A stretch of 64,000 bases of DNA from an uncultured Actinomycetes bacterium (GCA_963786755.1 CAWBAC010000009.1:19402-83401), one strand, 5' to 3'; shown: positions 29,092-40,795, counted from the stretch's first letter. Numbers and translations: made by a program. Notes: generated from the letters alone by a model not told the origin.

Positions 29092-30546
29092 CGCTCGTCG
29101 TCCTCGACGGCTGGGGCTGCGCTCCCCCCGGGCCGGGGAACGCCGTCGAGCTCGCCCGCACACCCGTCTTCGACGCGCTCTGGGAGCGCTACCCTCACAC
29201 GACTCTGTCCGCCTCGGGCGAGGACGTCGGGCTCCCAGCCGGGCAGATGGGAAACTCGGAGGTCGGTCACATCACCATCGGTGCGGGCCGCGTTGTTCCC
29301 CAGGATCTCCTGCGCATCGACCGCGCGATCGAGAGCGGCGAGCTCTACGAGAACGAGGCGCTCAGGGGCGCGTTCGCGCGCGCCCGCGAGCGGGGCGCCA
29401 ACGTCCAACTACTAGGCCTCGTTTCCTATGGGGGAGTGCACTCCCACGTCGACCATGTCCGGGCGCTGTTCGAGCTCGCCGCACCGCGAGGGCATGGCCG
29501 AGCGGACGTACCTGCATGCCTTCACGGACGGGCGGGATGTCTCTCCGACTGCGGCGGCTTCCGACCTGGCCGAGCTCGTCGCCGAGGGCGTCAGGATCGT
29601 CACCGTCTCGGGCCGCTACTACGCCATGGACCGGGACAAGCGGTGGGAGCGAACCGAGCGGGCGTACGCGGCAATCACTCGAGGCGAGGGAGCGCACGCC
29701 GACGACCCCGTCGCGGCCGTCCGCGACTCCTACGAGCGCGGCGTCACGGACGAGTTCGTCGAGCCGATCGTCCTTCCCGGCCCTCGCCTCGAGAAGGCCG
29801 ACGCGGCGATCTTCGTGAACTTCCGGCCCGACCGGGCGCGGCAACTCACGCACAAGCTGCTCGAGGGCGGTTACGACCTCACGACGATGACGCGCTATCG
29901 GGACGACCTCGACTGTCCCGTGGCCTTCCCGGAGCAGGACGTGGAGGGAACCATGGCCGAGGTGCTCGCCGCGCACGGCGAGCACCAACTGCACGCCGCC
30001 GAGACGGAGAAGTACGCGCACGTGACGTACTTCTTCAACGGCGGCCGCGAGGACGAGTGGCCGGGCGAAACGCGCATCCTTGTCCCCTCGCCCCAGGACG
30101 TGGCCACGTACGACGAGAAACCGGAGATGTCGGCCCCCGAGCTGGCGAAGCGCTTCGCGGACGAGGTCGGCAACGACTACCGCTTTGCGATCGTCAACTT
30201 CGCCAACCCCGACATGGTGGGCCACACCGGAGTCATCCCGGCGGTCGTCGAGGCCGTCGAGGCGGTGGACGCATGCCTGGCGGAGGTCGTCGAGGCCGTC
30301 CAGGCTGCCGGAGGGGTCTCCCTGGTCACCGCCGACCACGGCAACGCCGAGCAACTCCTCGAGGAGGACGGCAAGAGCCCGCACACGGCTCACACGACGA
30401 ACCCCGTGCCGCTCGTCGTGACGGTCGAAGGAGCGGAGCTCGAGGAAGGCGGCACGCTCTCCGATCTCGTGCCCACCTCCCTCGCCCTGCTCGGGCTCCC
30501 GCCCGCGGAGGAGATGAGGGGACGGAACCTGCTCCGTGGAGCGTGA
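29061..30546 (+). CDS. gpmI: 2,3-bisphosphoglycerate-independent phosphoglycerate mutase; one frameshift near 29470
   Basis: LVVLDGWGCAP..GNAVELARTPVFDAL..LSASGEDVGLPAGQMGNSEVGHITIGAGR..LGLVSYGGVHSH, then in ORF 29428..30546 HAFTDGRDVSP..FANPDMVGHTG..VTADHGNAE..HTTNPVP. The TTG start at 29061 is assumed. Confidence 0.88.
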
Positions 30547-30582
30547 GCCCGGAGCTATACTCCGCCGGCCGGGAACACCTGC

Positions 30583-31173
30583 GTGCCACTTCCACAGCCC
30601 GATCATCTCCTGCTTCGCAAGGCGCAAAAAGGCGACGAACGCGCCTTCAGCGCCATCGTCGAGGCCTACGAAGGCCCGGTTTTCAACTACGTGCTGAGGA
30701 TGGTGGGAGACAGGTCGCTCGCCGAGGACCTCACGCAGGAGATCTTCATTCGCATCTACCAGGGACTTTCGGGCTTCTCGCTGCGCTGTCGCTTCACGAC
30801 CTGGCTGTTCCAGGTGGCGAAGAACCGCGTGCTCGACGAGCTCCGCGCGCGCGAGCGCAAGCCCCAGGCCGTGGTCGCCCTCGAGGACCTGCCCCCGCTC
30901 GAGGTCGTCGACGCTCCTCCCGAGCGCGTGGAGGCGATCGATGCCGTCTGGCGGGCGGTCGCGCTCCTCAACCCTGACCTGAAGATGGCGCTCCTTCTCC
31001 GCGATGTCGTCGGTCTCTCGTACACGGAGATCGCCGACTCCCTCGAGATCACCCTCGCGACCGTGAAGTGGCGCATCTTCAAGGCGCGGGAAGAGGTGCA
31101 GCTCGCGCTCGAGCGCGAGGGCATCGAGGTCGAGGTGGCGACGCAGTCGGCCTCCTCCGCAGACGCTCGTTAG
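30583..31173 (+). CDS. ECF-type RNA polymerase sigma factor
   Basis: Intact. Region 2: FSAIVEAYEGPVFNYVLRMVGDRSLAEDLTQEIFIRIYQGL..FTTWLFQVAKNRVLDELR. Region 4: LLLRDVVGLSYTEIADSLEITLATVKWRIFKAREEV. Confidence 0.85.
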   Translation: MPLPQPDHLLLRKAQKGDERAFSAIVEAYEGPVFNYVLRMVGDRSLAEDLTQEIFIRIYQGLSGFSLRCRFTTWLFQVAKNRVLDELRARERKPQAVVALEDLPPLEVVDAPPERVEAIDAVWRAVALLNPDLKMALLLRDVVGLSYTEIADSLEITLATVKWRIFKAREEVQLALEREGIEVEVATQSASSADAR

Positions 31174-31184
31174 CCGAGCCCGCC

Positions 31185-31902
31185 GTCAGACGCCGTGCTC
31201 GAGCCGCACGGCGAGCGCTTCGGGCAGGCCGGCCTCGCGGATCTCGTCCTGCGTTTGCTCGACCGCGTAGGGCACGCGTCGGAAGCTCGCCCGGCCGGCT
31301 CGCGAGATCGAGCAGGAGCCAGGCGGCGCGCGGGTCGCCGTCGCGGGGCTGGCCGACGGAGCCGGGGTTCAGGAGCCACCGCTCCGACGGAGAGCTCGAT
31401 CTCGGTCCCCTCGGGTGCCAACTCCAGCGAACGCGTCGCCGAGCGCCGTAGCTGAGCGCGACGTGGCTGTGCCCGACGAGGACGAGCTCCTCCGAAGCGT
31501 CCGCCAGTGCGTGGGCGCGCGGCGGCCGGGGAGAGGACGTACTCCCACACCGGATCCCGCGGGCTGGCGTGGTAGAGGCCGACGCCTGAGCGCTCGCCGC
31601 TCGGGGAGAGCGGCTCCAGATAAGCGCGCGCCTCCGGGCTCGACTCCTTGGCCGTCCAGCGGGCGCTCGCAGCCGCGTCGGGGGAGAAGTCGCCGAGGTC
31701 GAGCCGCCCGAGGACGCCGAGGTCATGGTTTCCTATCAGGCACACGTCCGCCCGCTCGGCGACGAGCGCGCAGCAGCGGTTCGGGCGCGGACCGTAGCCG
31801 ACCAGGTCGCCGAGGCACCAGAGCTCGTCGGGCGAGTCGGCGGCGACCGCCCCAGCACCGCCTCGAGCGCATGCAGATTCCCGTGAACGTCAGAGAGAAC
31901 CG
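31185..31902 (-). CDS. Metallophosphoesterase (YfcE/MJ0936-like); several frameshifts
   Basis: VRVAVLSDVHGNLHALEAVL..; LWCLGDLVGYGPRPN; VCLIGNHDLGVLG; ELVLVGHSHVAL; LLNPGSVGQPRDGDPRAAWLLLDL; C-terminal FRRVPYAVEQTQDEIREAGLPEAL. These are spread over three reverse frames. Confidence 0.7.
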
Positions 31903-31938
31903 CCACCCGCACCGCGCAAACGTAGCGAAGGGGGCAGC

Positions 31939-33153
31939 CGTGCTCGCCCTCGCCGGCGCTGTGGGTCGCCTCGGGAGCGCTGCTCTGGCGGACGGAGGTC
32001 CCGCAGCCTCAACCTGCCGCAACTCGATCCCCGCGACTACTTCCCGGCCGACGCGCTCGAGCGGATCGCCGACTACCGGCGCGTCTCGCGCATTCTTCTG
32101 CTCGCGTCGTTCGCCGTCGAGATCGCCGTGCTCGCCCTCCTGGTCTGGAAGGCCGGCTGGCTCGTCCGACCGGCTGGCAGGAGCTCGGGCGCGGCCGCAT
32201 CCGCACCGGGCGTCCTCGTCGGGCGTCGCCGTCGCGCTGCTCGCTCTGGCTGGCCGGGCTCCCGCTCGCCGCCGTCTCGCACTGGTGGAGGCGCCGCTAC
32301 GAACTCTCCGAGCAGGGCTACGGCGGCTGGCTCCGCGACCAGGCCGTCTCGCTCGGCGTCCAGGTCGTGCTCGTCGCGATCGCGGTCGCAGGCGCGATGT
32401 GGCTCGCCGGGAAGCTCGGCGGCAACTGGTGGCTCGCCGGCGGCCCGGCGCTCGTCGCGATGGCGGTCGTCTTCGTGCTCGCGCAGCCGCTCGTCGTGCA
32501 GCCGCTCTTCAACCGCTTCGAGCCGCTTCCCGACCGGGCGCTCGCGGCGCGTATCCAGGCGCTCGCGCGCGCCGAAGGGGTGAACGTCGACAAGGTGCTC
32601 GTCGCCGACGCCAGCCGGCGCACGACAACGGCGAACGCCTACGTGGCCGGGATCGGGCCGACGCGGCGGGTCGTTCTCTACGACACGATGCTCGACGGCC
32701 GCTTCACGCGAGGGAGAGATCCTCTCGGTCTCGGCGCACGAGCTCGCGCACGTGGGCCGGCGCCACCTGTGGAAGGGTCTAGCCTGGTTCGCGCTCCTCG
32801 CCGTTCCCGGCGTCTTCCTGGTCGCCTGGGTGACCGAGCGTCAGCGGCGGCCTCGACGAGCCGCGGCTCGTGCCGCTGGCGCTCGCCGTCGCGTTCGCCT
32901 GGTTCCTCGTCACCCAGCCCTTGCAGAATGTGGTCTCACGCCGCTACGAGGCCGAGGCCGACTGGCTCGCGCTCACGGCGACGGACGACTCCGCGAGCGC
33001 GATCGCGCTCGACCGCCGGCTCGTCCTCACGGCCTCGGCGACCCCGACCCGCCGCCGTGGGTGACCTACTGGCTGGGCACGCACCCGCCGCCGATCGACC
33101 GCATCGCGATGGCGGAGGCCTTCAGTGAGTCTCGGGCCGACGGCTCGCGCTAG
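31939..33153 (+). CDS. M48-family (Ste24/HtpX-like) zinc metallopeptidase; several frameshifts, start uncertain
   Basis: HExxH is recoverable as SAHELAHVGRRHLWKGLAWF. Other parts: WLAGLPLAAVSHWWRRRYELSEQGYGGWLRDQA, ANAYVAGIGPTRRVVLYDTML, RRYEAEADWLAL, WLGTHPPPIDRIAMA. Confidence 0.7.
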
Positions 33154-33484
33154 GGCTAGGGCGGGCCCTGCTCCTGCTCCTCGCCTGCTCGGGCAGGTTC
33201 CTGATCCCCTCGCGGGTCGACCACTTCGACCAGCTGTCGTTCATCGCGTCGAGGAGCTCGCGCATGAAGCGCGGGGACAGGTTCACCCGGCTGACGACGA
33301 CGCCGGGGACGTCGCCCTCGTCGACCTCGTGGTCGATGCGGGCGAACGTGATCGTGAACTCGTAGTCCGAGAAGGAGACGTTGGCGAAGTTCGCGTAGAC
33401 GCCGGCGAGGTGATCCGGGTCGAGATGGATGTTGAGCTGCCGCTCCTGGCCCTCGTCCTCCACGTCCCTACGATATACCCGCAT
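33122..33484 (-). CDS. DUF3467-like small protein
   Basis: [75 protein letters not shown]. The start codon overlaps the presumed argS ATG on the other strand. Confidence 0.6.
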   Translation of the reverse strand: MRVYRRDVEDEGQERQLNIHLDPDHLAGVYANFANVSFSDYEFTITFARIDHEVDEGDVPGVVVSRVNLSPRFMRELLDAMNDSWSKWSTREGIRNLPEQARSRSRARPSPSASRRPETH

Positions 33485-35032
33485 GGGGGTACGTGATTCG
33501 ACCGCGACGGCGCTCGGCCGCCTCGAGGAGGAGCTGTCCCGCGCGGCGGGTACTGCCGTCAACCTGGAGCGGCCGAGCAAGCCCGAGCACGGCGACTACG
33601 CGACGAACGTCGCGCTCAAGCTCGCGGGCGCGCGGCGGCGGCCGCCGCTCGAGATCGCCGAGGAGCTGCGCGCAGGCCGCGGCGGCGCTCCCGGGCGTCG
33701 AGGACGCGGCGGTCGCGCCGCCGGGCTTCCTCAACCTGCGGCTGGCGCCCGCCTGGTACGGGGAGGCGCTCGCCGAGATCGTCGCCTCCGGGACGCGACT
33801 ACGGGGGCGGCTCGGCGGCGACGCCGGAGCGCGTCCAGGTGGAGATCGTCTCCGCCAACCCGACGGGGCCGATCACGGTCGCCTCGGCCCGCAACGCCGC
33901 CTACGGCGACTCCGTCGCGCGCCTGCTCGACGTTCGCCGGCCACGAGGTGGAGCGGGAGTACTACTACAACGACGCCGGCACCCAGATCGACCGCTTCCG
34001 CGCCTCCGTGGAGGCCCGTGCGGCGCGGGGAGGAGCCGCCGCGAGGACGGGCTACCAGCGGCGCCTACGTCGCCGAGCTGACGGAGCTCGAGGGCGACCC
34101 GGTGCCGCATGCTGCGAGCAGATCGAGGCGACACTCGAGCGCTTCCGCATCCACTTCGACACGTGGGTGCTCCAGAGCGAGGTCGGGCGCGCGGCTGCCC
34201 GACGCTCCTGCCGGCGCTCGACACGTATGAGGATGAGGGCGCGCTCTGGGTGCGCTCGACGGCGTACGGGGACGAGCGAGGACCGCGTCCTCGTACGCTC
34301 CGGGAACGGGGCGGGCTTCCGACGTACTTCGGCCGCGGACACCGCCTACATGCGCGACAAGCTGGAACGGGGCTTCGACCGGGCGATCTACGTGCTCGGC
34401 GCCGACCACCACGGCGTGCGCGGCTGGTACGAGGCGTCGCCCGCATGCTCGGCTACGACCCGGGCCGCGTGGAGGTGCTGCTCTACCAGCTCGTCCACCT
34501 GACGAGGGGCGGGGAGGCGACGAAGATGTCCAAGCGGCGTGGGGACGTCGTCACGCTGGACGAGTTCGTCGACGAGGTCGGGGTGGACGCCGCCCGCTGG
34601 TACCTCGTCAACCGCGAGCCACGACCAGACGATCGAGATCGACGTCGACCTCGCCCGTGAGAAGAGCGAGAAGAACCCGGTCTACTACGTCCAGTACGCG
34701 CACGCGCGCATCGCCGGCATCCTGCGGAACGCGGACGGTGCGGAGGCAGCGCCCGAGCCCGCCGGACGGGCTCGCGCCGCGAGGAGCGGGAGCTCGTCAA
34801 GCGCCTGGCCGAGTTCCCCGAGGTCGTCGCCGAGGCGACCGAGCGGCGCGGGCCGCACGCGCTCCCCACGTACGCGATCCGCGTCGCCGACGACTTCCAC
34901 CGCTTCTACCACCACCACCGCGTGCTCGGGAGCGAGGCGCAGGCGTTCCGCCTCGCGCTCTGCCAGGCGACGCGGACGGTGATCGCCCGCAGCCTCGACC
35001 TCGTCGGCGTCGAGGCGCCCGAACGCATGTAG
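33483..35032 (+). CDS. argS: Arginine-tRNA ligase; heavily frameshifted (at least six frame changes)
   Basis: [21 protein letters not shown]; [12 protein letters not shown]; [30 protein letters not shown]; [20 protein letters not shown]; [14 protein letters not shown]; [30 protein letters not shown]; [16 protein letters not shown]; [15 protein letters not shown]. These are distributed over all three forward frames. Confidence 0.88.
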
Positions 35033-35040
35033 CCGGCCGG

Positions 35041-35560
35041 CTATTCGGGCGAAGCCGCGCCCTCGAACGGCCCCTCCGCGAGCAGCTTGCGGAAGGCCGG
35101 GTACTGGCCGAGCTTGCCGACCGTGACGAGCGTGTCGCCTCGCTGGATCACGTCGTTCGGCTGCGCGCCGGCAACGGGCTCGGGCTCGCGCAGGATGGCG
35201 ATGATCGTGATGCCCGTCCGGGCGCGGAAGCCGCACTCGGCGAGGGTGCGGCCGATCGCCGGGCTCGAGTCCGGCACGGGGATCCACTCGATCGCGAGCT
35301 CGCCCAAGGCCATCTCCAGGTCCTCGACGATCTTCGGGACGCTCGTAGGCGCCGCCGATGATCGCCCCGATCTGGCGGGCCTCGTCGTCCTCGAGCTGGA
35401 TGACCGCCGCCGGCTCCTCGTCGTCGGCGTGGCGGAAGGAGTAGATCTCGCGCAGCCCCTCGTTGTGGAGGATCACGACCAGCCGCCCGCCGCGCGCCGT
35501 CTGGCACGTGAACTTGAAGCCCACGCCGGGCAGACGGGTCTCACGGAGCTCGCTCGGCAT
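35041..35560 (-). CDS. khtT: K+/H+ antiporter regulatory subunit (KhtT-like, TrkA-C domain); one frameshift near 35335
   Basis: MPSELRETRLPGVGFKFTCQTARGGRLVVILHNEGLREIYSFRH..LEDDEARQIGAIIGGAYERP joins ..LEMALGELAIEWIPVPDSSPAIGRTLAECGFRARTGITIIAILRE..GDTLVTVG. Confidence 0.75.
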
Positions 35561-36746
35561 TGGTCCCTCCTGCGGCCAGTTTAGGCGCGGCGGGGAAGAG
35601 GCGGCGCCCGATGCGCTTGGACTCCTTCATGAGCAAGACGCCGATGACCGCGGTGGCGAGGACGTACAGCCCGGCGAAGGCGACGAGATCGCGGCGGTCG
35701 GCTGCCGGGATCGCTTCGTTGGTCGCCGCCACCTGGGCGAGGATAACCGTGAACTCGCCGCGGGAGACGAGCGCCGTGCCCGCGTTCAGGCTCTGCCGCC
35801 GGGTGAAGCCGCCCACCTGCGCCGCGGCGTAGGTCCCGGCGAGCTTGCCGGCGACGCTGAGGACGACCGCGAGCGCGATCAGCCAGCCGATCGAGTCGAG
35901 CGCCTCCACGTCGATGGAGAGCCCGAAGACGAAGAAGAAGAGGGCGGCGAAGACGTCTCGAAAGCCGAGAAAGCGCTCCTCGATCTCGGCGCGGACCGAA
36001 GTCTCGGAGAGGACGACGCCGGCCATGAGCGCGCCGATCGCTTCCGAGAGGCCGAGCTCGTGGGCCACGGCGCTCATGCCGATCACGAGCGCGAACGTGA
36101 AGAGCAGGAAGAACTCCCGCGGCAGTGCGTCGAGGAGGCGGTCGATGTGGCGGGCGAGCCAGCGTGAGGCGGCCAGCGAGGCGGCGATGAACGCGATCGC
36201 CTTCCCCACGAGCGCGAGCGTGTCGGCCAGCTCGCCGCCGCCGCCGCCTGCGAAGGCGAGCACGAAGGCGATGGCGATGTCCTCGAAGATGAGAATGGCG
36301 AGGACGAGGTCGGTCTCGTCGTCGGCGAGGCGACGGAAGTCGATCAGGCCCTTGACCGCGACCGCCGACGAGGAGACGTAGATCGCCCCTGCGAGGACGA
36401 GGGCGGCAAAGGAGAAGCCGAACGCGATCACGCCGATGACCAGGCCCAGGCCGGCGTTGACGAGGAGGTCGATGGAGCCGCCCAGCCCGAGGTGCATGCC
36501 GCTGCGCCTCAGGCGGTCGAGCGTGAACTCGAGCCCGAGGAAGAAGAGGAGGAAGATGATGCCGAGGTCGGCGACGAAGTCGGTCACCTCGGAGGGCCGG
36601 ATGACACTGAGCTCACGCGGCTCGTTCGGCCCCAGGAGCATGCCGGCCAGCAGGTAGGCGGGGATCGCCGAAAGGCCGAAGCGGCTCGCCACGAGGCCGA
36701 GCACGGCCAGAACAGCCACCGTCACAGCCAGCTGGCTGAGGGTCAC
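35541..36746 (-). CDS. CPA2-family cation:proton antiporter (KhtU/Kef-like membrane subunit)
   Basis: Intact 401 aa, polytopic: AYLLAGMLLGPNE..DLGIIFLLFFLGLEF. It overlaps the start of the khtT-like gene by 20 nt. Confidence 0.85.
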   Translation of the reverse strand: MTLSQLAVTVAVLAVLGLVASRFGLSAIPAYLLAGMLLGPNEPRELSVIRPSEVTDFVADLGIIFLLFFLGLEFTLDRLRRSGMHLGLGGSIDLLVNAGLGLVIGVIAFGFSFAALVLAGAIYVSSSAVAVKGLIDFRRLADDETDLVLAILIFEDIAIAFVLAFAGGGGGELADTLALVGKAIAFIAASLAASRWLARHIDRLLDALPREFFLLFTFALVIGMSAVAHELGLSEAIGALMAGVVLSETSVRAEIEERFLGFRDVFAALFFFVFGLSIDVEALDSIGWLIALAVVLSVAGKLAGTYAAAQVGGFTRRQSLNAGTALVSRGEFTVILAQVAATNEAIPAADRRDLVAFAGLYVLATAVIGVLLMKESKRIGRRLFPAAPKLAAGGTNAERAP

Positions 36747-36789
36747 CGGCGCTCCCTTCGGTCGCTGGCGAGAATCCTATGGGGAGGGA

Positions 36790-37485
36790 TCAGATCCAGC
36801 CGAGGTCGCTGAACTCCGGCATTCCGCCTTGCCACGCGGCCCAGACCGCAAGGAGGATGCCGGCGAGGACGAACGCGCCCGCGCATGCGCGGAGCACGGG
36901 CCGCGGCCGTAGGAACGCCCAGGCGGCGAGTGCGAGGGCGACCGGAGGCAGGAGCCACCAGTCCTGCCCCTCCACGGTGTTCACGAAGAGCGTGAAGCCC
37001 AGCATGAGGACGACGAGCACGGCGGCACTGGGCCTGGAGGGGGTCCCGCGGCCGATCCGCTCGGCCAGCGGAAAGGCGATGAGGAGCACCAGCAGGCCGA
37101 GGTGCCACTCGATGTGGCCGAAACGCTCGTCCCAGAAATACGCCGTGTCCTCGGCCTCTCCGGCCAGTCCTTCGCTGCGGATCGAATTCGCCGCCAGGTG
37201 GATGCCGTGCCCGTCCGCGTATGCGATTCCGGCCGCGAGGGCCAGCGCAGCCACCCAGAGCGGCGCCCGCAGGACGAGGAGCACGACGGCGGCAGCGCCG
37301 AGGACGGCGAAGGGGGTGACGAGGTCGATCCAGTCGCCGAGGGGGCCGGCCAGCGCCGGCAGGTTGTGGAAGACGAGCACCGCCGCTGCGAACACGAGCA
37401 ACGCGCGCACGCCCGCGAGCGTACGCCCGGCCGCGGCTGTTAGTGCCCCGCCCGGGGACGCGGCTCGCGCACCTGGCGGCTGCAA
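36790..37485 (-). CDS. Hypothetical polytopic membrane protein
   Basis: Intact ORF with about 6 hydrophobic segments. No motif recognised. The start may be internal. Confidence 0.45.
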   Translation of the reverse strand: MQPPGARAASPGGALTAAAGRTLAGVRALLVFAAAVLVFHNLPALAGPLGDWIDLVTPFAVLGAAAVVLLVLRAPLWVAALALAAGIAYADGHGIHLAANSIRSEGLAGEAEDTAYFWDERFGHIEWHLGLLVLLIAFPLAERIGRGTPSRPSAAVLVVLMLGFTLFVNTVEGQDWWLLPPVALALAAWAFLRPRPVLRACAGAFVLAGILLAVWAAWQGGMPEFSDLGWI

Positions 37486-37620
37486 AGCGGCGCCAGGCGT
37501 AGTCCTCAGTCGCCCACGTATCTCATTCGATACGCGGACTCCCTGCGTCCTAGCCCGGCTTGCTTTTCGCGCGCCAGGAGCACGGCAGCGCCCCCGGACT
37601 GGGCACTAGCATCGCGCTCC

Positions 37621-38533
37621 GTGCGCGTGAATCCGTGGAACGTCGTCGTCGCCGGGATCGCCGCGAGCTGGGGCTTCGTCTCCGTGATCGTCGCCGGCGT
37701 CGACCTCCCGGCGAGGCCCTCGTCTTCTGGCGCTGCGCACTCGCCGGCGGTGACGCTCGCCGCGGATCATGGTCGCATCGGACGGCGGGACGCGCTCTTC
37801 CTGCGCCGGCGCCGCGATCGAGGTCCTGGGGCTCGGGCATCCTGCTCGCGCTCCACTGGGTGCTCTTCTTCGAGACGATCAAGCGTCGTCGGTCGCGGTC
37901 GCCATCCTGCTCGTCTACACGGCGCCGATCTTCCTCGCCGTGCTCGCGCCCCTCTTCCTGCCCGAGCGCCGGAGCCGCGTCGGCTCGCTCGCGCTGGCGA
38001 TCTCGGCTCCGGGGATCGCGCTGATCGCGCTCGGCGGCGAGGAGGGCTCGCAGCGCTTCCGGCGGTCGCCGTCGCCACGGGGCTCGGGGCCGCGCTCACC
38101 TACGCCGTCCTGATCATCTGGACGAAGTCGGTGCTGCGCGAGCGTCTCGCCGCTCACGATTGCCTTCTGGAACTACGTGATCGTCACGGCCGTCCTCACA
38201 CCGTTCGCTGCTCCTCGGGAGCGGTCGCGCGCTGCCGACGCGGCTCGGAATGGCCGGTCGTGATCGTGCTCGGGCTCGTGCTGACAGCGGTCCTGGGCGC
38301 GCTCTACGTGAGCACGCTCCGGGACGTGACGGCGCAGGCCGCCGGCCTGCTCGCCTACCTGGAGCCGGTCTCGGCAGCGCTCTGCTCGCGTGGGCCATCC
38401 TCGAGCGAGCCGATCGGCTGGGAGGTGGCCGTCGGCGGGCTCGCCGTCCTCCCCGGCGGGGCGCTCGTCGTGCTCTACGAAGGCCGCGGAGCCGGCTGCA
38501 CCCGAGGCCCCGCTGGCCACGGCGGAGGAGTAG
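37621..38533 (+). CDS. EamA/DMT-family transporter; heavily frameshifted
   Basis: VNPWNVVVAGIAASWGFVSVIVAGVDLP; GILLALHWVLFFETIK; SSVAVAILLVYTAPIFLAVLAPLFLPERRS; TGLGAALTYAVLIIWTK; LGLVLTAVLGALYVSTLRDVTAQAAGLLAYLEPVSAAL; EPIGWEVAVGGLAV. These lie in three frames. Confidence 0.6.
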
Positions 38534-38542
38534 GATCGCACC

Positions 38543-39546
38543 GTGGTGGAGGGCGGAAACGGGGTTGTTCCCGACCGGAACCTCGCGCTCGAGCTCGTGC
38601 GCGTGACCGAGGCGGCCGCGCTCGGCTGCGGGCGCTGGATCGGGCGGGGAGACAAGAACGCCGCCGACCAGGCGGCCGTCGACGCCATGCGGGCCATGCT
38701 CGACACCGTCGCCATGAGCGGCGTCGTCGTCATCGGCGAAGGTGAGAAGGACGAGGCGCCGATGCTCTACAACGGCGAGGAGGTCGGGAACGGCCAGCCG
38801 CCGGAGGTGGACGTCGCGGTCGATCCGCTCGAGGGCACGCGCCTCACCTCCGTCGGGCAGCCGAACGCCATCTCGGTCATCGCCGTCGCCGAGCGCGGTA
38901 CCGCTCTTCTTCCCGGGCGCGGCCGTCTACATGGACAAGCTCGTCGGCGGCCCGGAAGTGGCCGACGTGCTCGACATCACGGCCTCCGCCGAGCGAGAAC
39001 GTCAAGCGCGCGGCGGAGGCGAAGGGCGTGAGGCCGAGCGAGATCGCGGTCGTCGTCCTCGACCGCGAGCGCAACCAGCCGATCGTCGACGGGCTGCGGG
39101 AGGCAGGCGCGAAGGTGAACCTGATCACGGACGGCGACGTCGCGCCGGCGATCGCCGCCGCGCGGCCCGGGACGGGTGTCGACCTCATGATGGGGATCGG
39201 CGGCACGCCCGAGGGCGTGATCGCCGCGGCGGCCGTCAAGTGCCTGGGCGGGGTCGTGCAGGGTAGGCTCTGGCCCCGGAACGACGAGGAGCGGCAGTCG
39301 CTGCTCGACGCCGGCTACGACCTCGACCGCGTGCTCTCCACGGACGACCTCTGCGGCGGCGACAACGTCTTCGTGGCCGCCACCGGGGTGACGGACGGTG
39401 CGCTCCTGCACGGCGTGCGCTACACGCGCGGCGGGGCCGCGACCGACTCGATCGTCATGCGCTCGCGCTCGGGCACGGTGCGCCGCGTGGAGGCGCAGCA
39501 CGCCTTCGAGAAGCTCGAGCGCTTCTCCGGCCGCGTGTGGCGCTAG
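38543..39546 (+). CDS. glpX: Class II fructose-1,6-bisphosphatase; two or three frameshifts (38890-39030)
   Basis: [69 protein letters not shown]; [14 protein letters not shown]; [43 protein letters not shown].. Confidence 0.88.
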
Positions 39547-40589
39547 GCGTTAGACGCTACGCCGCGGCCGGCGACCTTCTCCATCTCGGGCGTGTAGCTC
39601 CCCGAGCGGGCGGCGCCGTTCAGCTTCGCGCGGTGACGCGAGCGCTTCCTGGCCCGCGGCGAGGTTCGCCTCCTCGCCCTTCCAGGCCGTGAGCGCGGGC
39701 GCCTGCAGCGCGCGCCCGTAGGAGAAGGAGAGCTCCCAGGGGTGCGGCCCGATCTTGTTCATGGCGTTCAGGTTGGCCGTCGCCTGCTCGTCCGACTGGC
39801 CGCCGGAGAGGAAGACGATCCCGGGCACCGCCGCGGGCACGACGCTCTGGAAGCAGCGCACGGTCGTCTCGGCGACCTCCTCGGGCGGAGCCTGCTGCGG
39901 GCACTCCTTCCCGGAGAGCACCATGTTCGGCTTCAGCAGCATGCCCTCGTAGACCACCCGCTGCGCGAAGAGCTCGTCGAAGACGGCCTCGAGGGTCGCC
40001 TCGGTCACCTCGTAGCAGCGCTCGATCGTGTGGTCGCCGTCCATCAGCACCTCGGGCTCGACGATCGGCACGAGGCCGGCTTCCTGCGAAAGCGCGGCGT
40101 AGCGCGCGAGCGCGTGGGCGTTCACGTGGATGCAGTACGGCTCGGGAAGCCCGTCGCCGATCTCGATCACGGCGCGCCACTTCGTGAACTTCGCGCCCAG
40201 CTCGCGGTACTCCGCGAGGCGCTCGCGCAGGCCGTCGAGACCCTCGGTCACCTTCTCGCCCTCGGCGCCCGCGAGCGCCTTGGCGCCGGTGTCCACCTTG
40301 ATGCCCGGGATCACGCCGGCCTCCTCGAGCACCCGGGGGAGCGGGCGCCCGTCCGCGGCCGACTGCCGGATCGTCTCGTCGAAGAGGATGACGCCGCTGA
40401 TGTGGTCGCCGATCCCGGGGGTCGTGAAGAGCATCTCCCGGTAGGCGCGCCGGTTGTCCTCGGTCGACTCGATCTCGATCGACTTGAAGCGCTTCTCGAT
40501 CGTCGGAAAGCTCTCGTCGGCGGCGAGGATGCCCTTGCCGGGCGCGACGATGGCCCGCGCAATCGACTCGAGCTCGTTCCCTGACCCAT
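39543..40589 (-). CDS. fba: Class I fructose-bisphosphate aldolase; frameshifts at both ends
   Basis: GKGILAADESFPTIEKRF..YREMLFTTPG..GVILFDETI..IPGIKVDTG..AKFTKWRAV..IVEPEVL..LLKPNMV..VFLSGGQS..WELSFSYGRALQ. The RBS GGAAGGAG and ATG at 40589 are out of frame by one base. The C-terminal HRAKLNGAARSGSYTPEMEK is in another frame. Confidence 0.88.
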
Positions 40590-40655
40590 CACCAACTCCT
40601 TCCCCGTTTCCCGGCGAGAGTATCCCCCATTCTGCGGTGGTAATCTTGCCTCCGC

Positions 40656-40728
40656 GCGGACGTAGCTCAGTTGGTAGAGCATTGGCTTCCCAAGCCAAGG
40701 GTCGCGGGTTCGAGCCCCGTCGTCCGCT
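40656..40728 (+). tRNA. tRNA-Gly (anticodon CCC)
   Basis: Acceptor GCGGACG/CGTCCGC. D-arm GCTCAGTTGGTAGAGC. Anticodon stem-loop TTGGC-TTCCCAA-GCCAA. T-arm GCGGGTTCGAGCCCCGT. No encoded CCA. Confidence 0.92.
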
Positions 40729-40795
40729 TCGGCTTCGAACCCGCACGGGCCGCGGGATCGCAACCAGAGGACTAGTCGTATCGCTGGCCGTCCGG

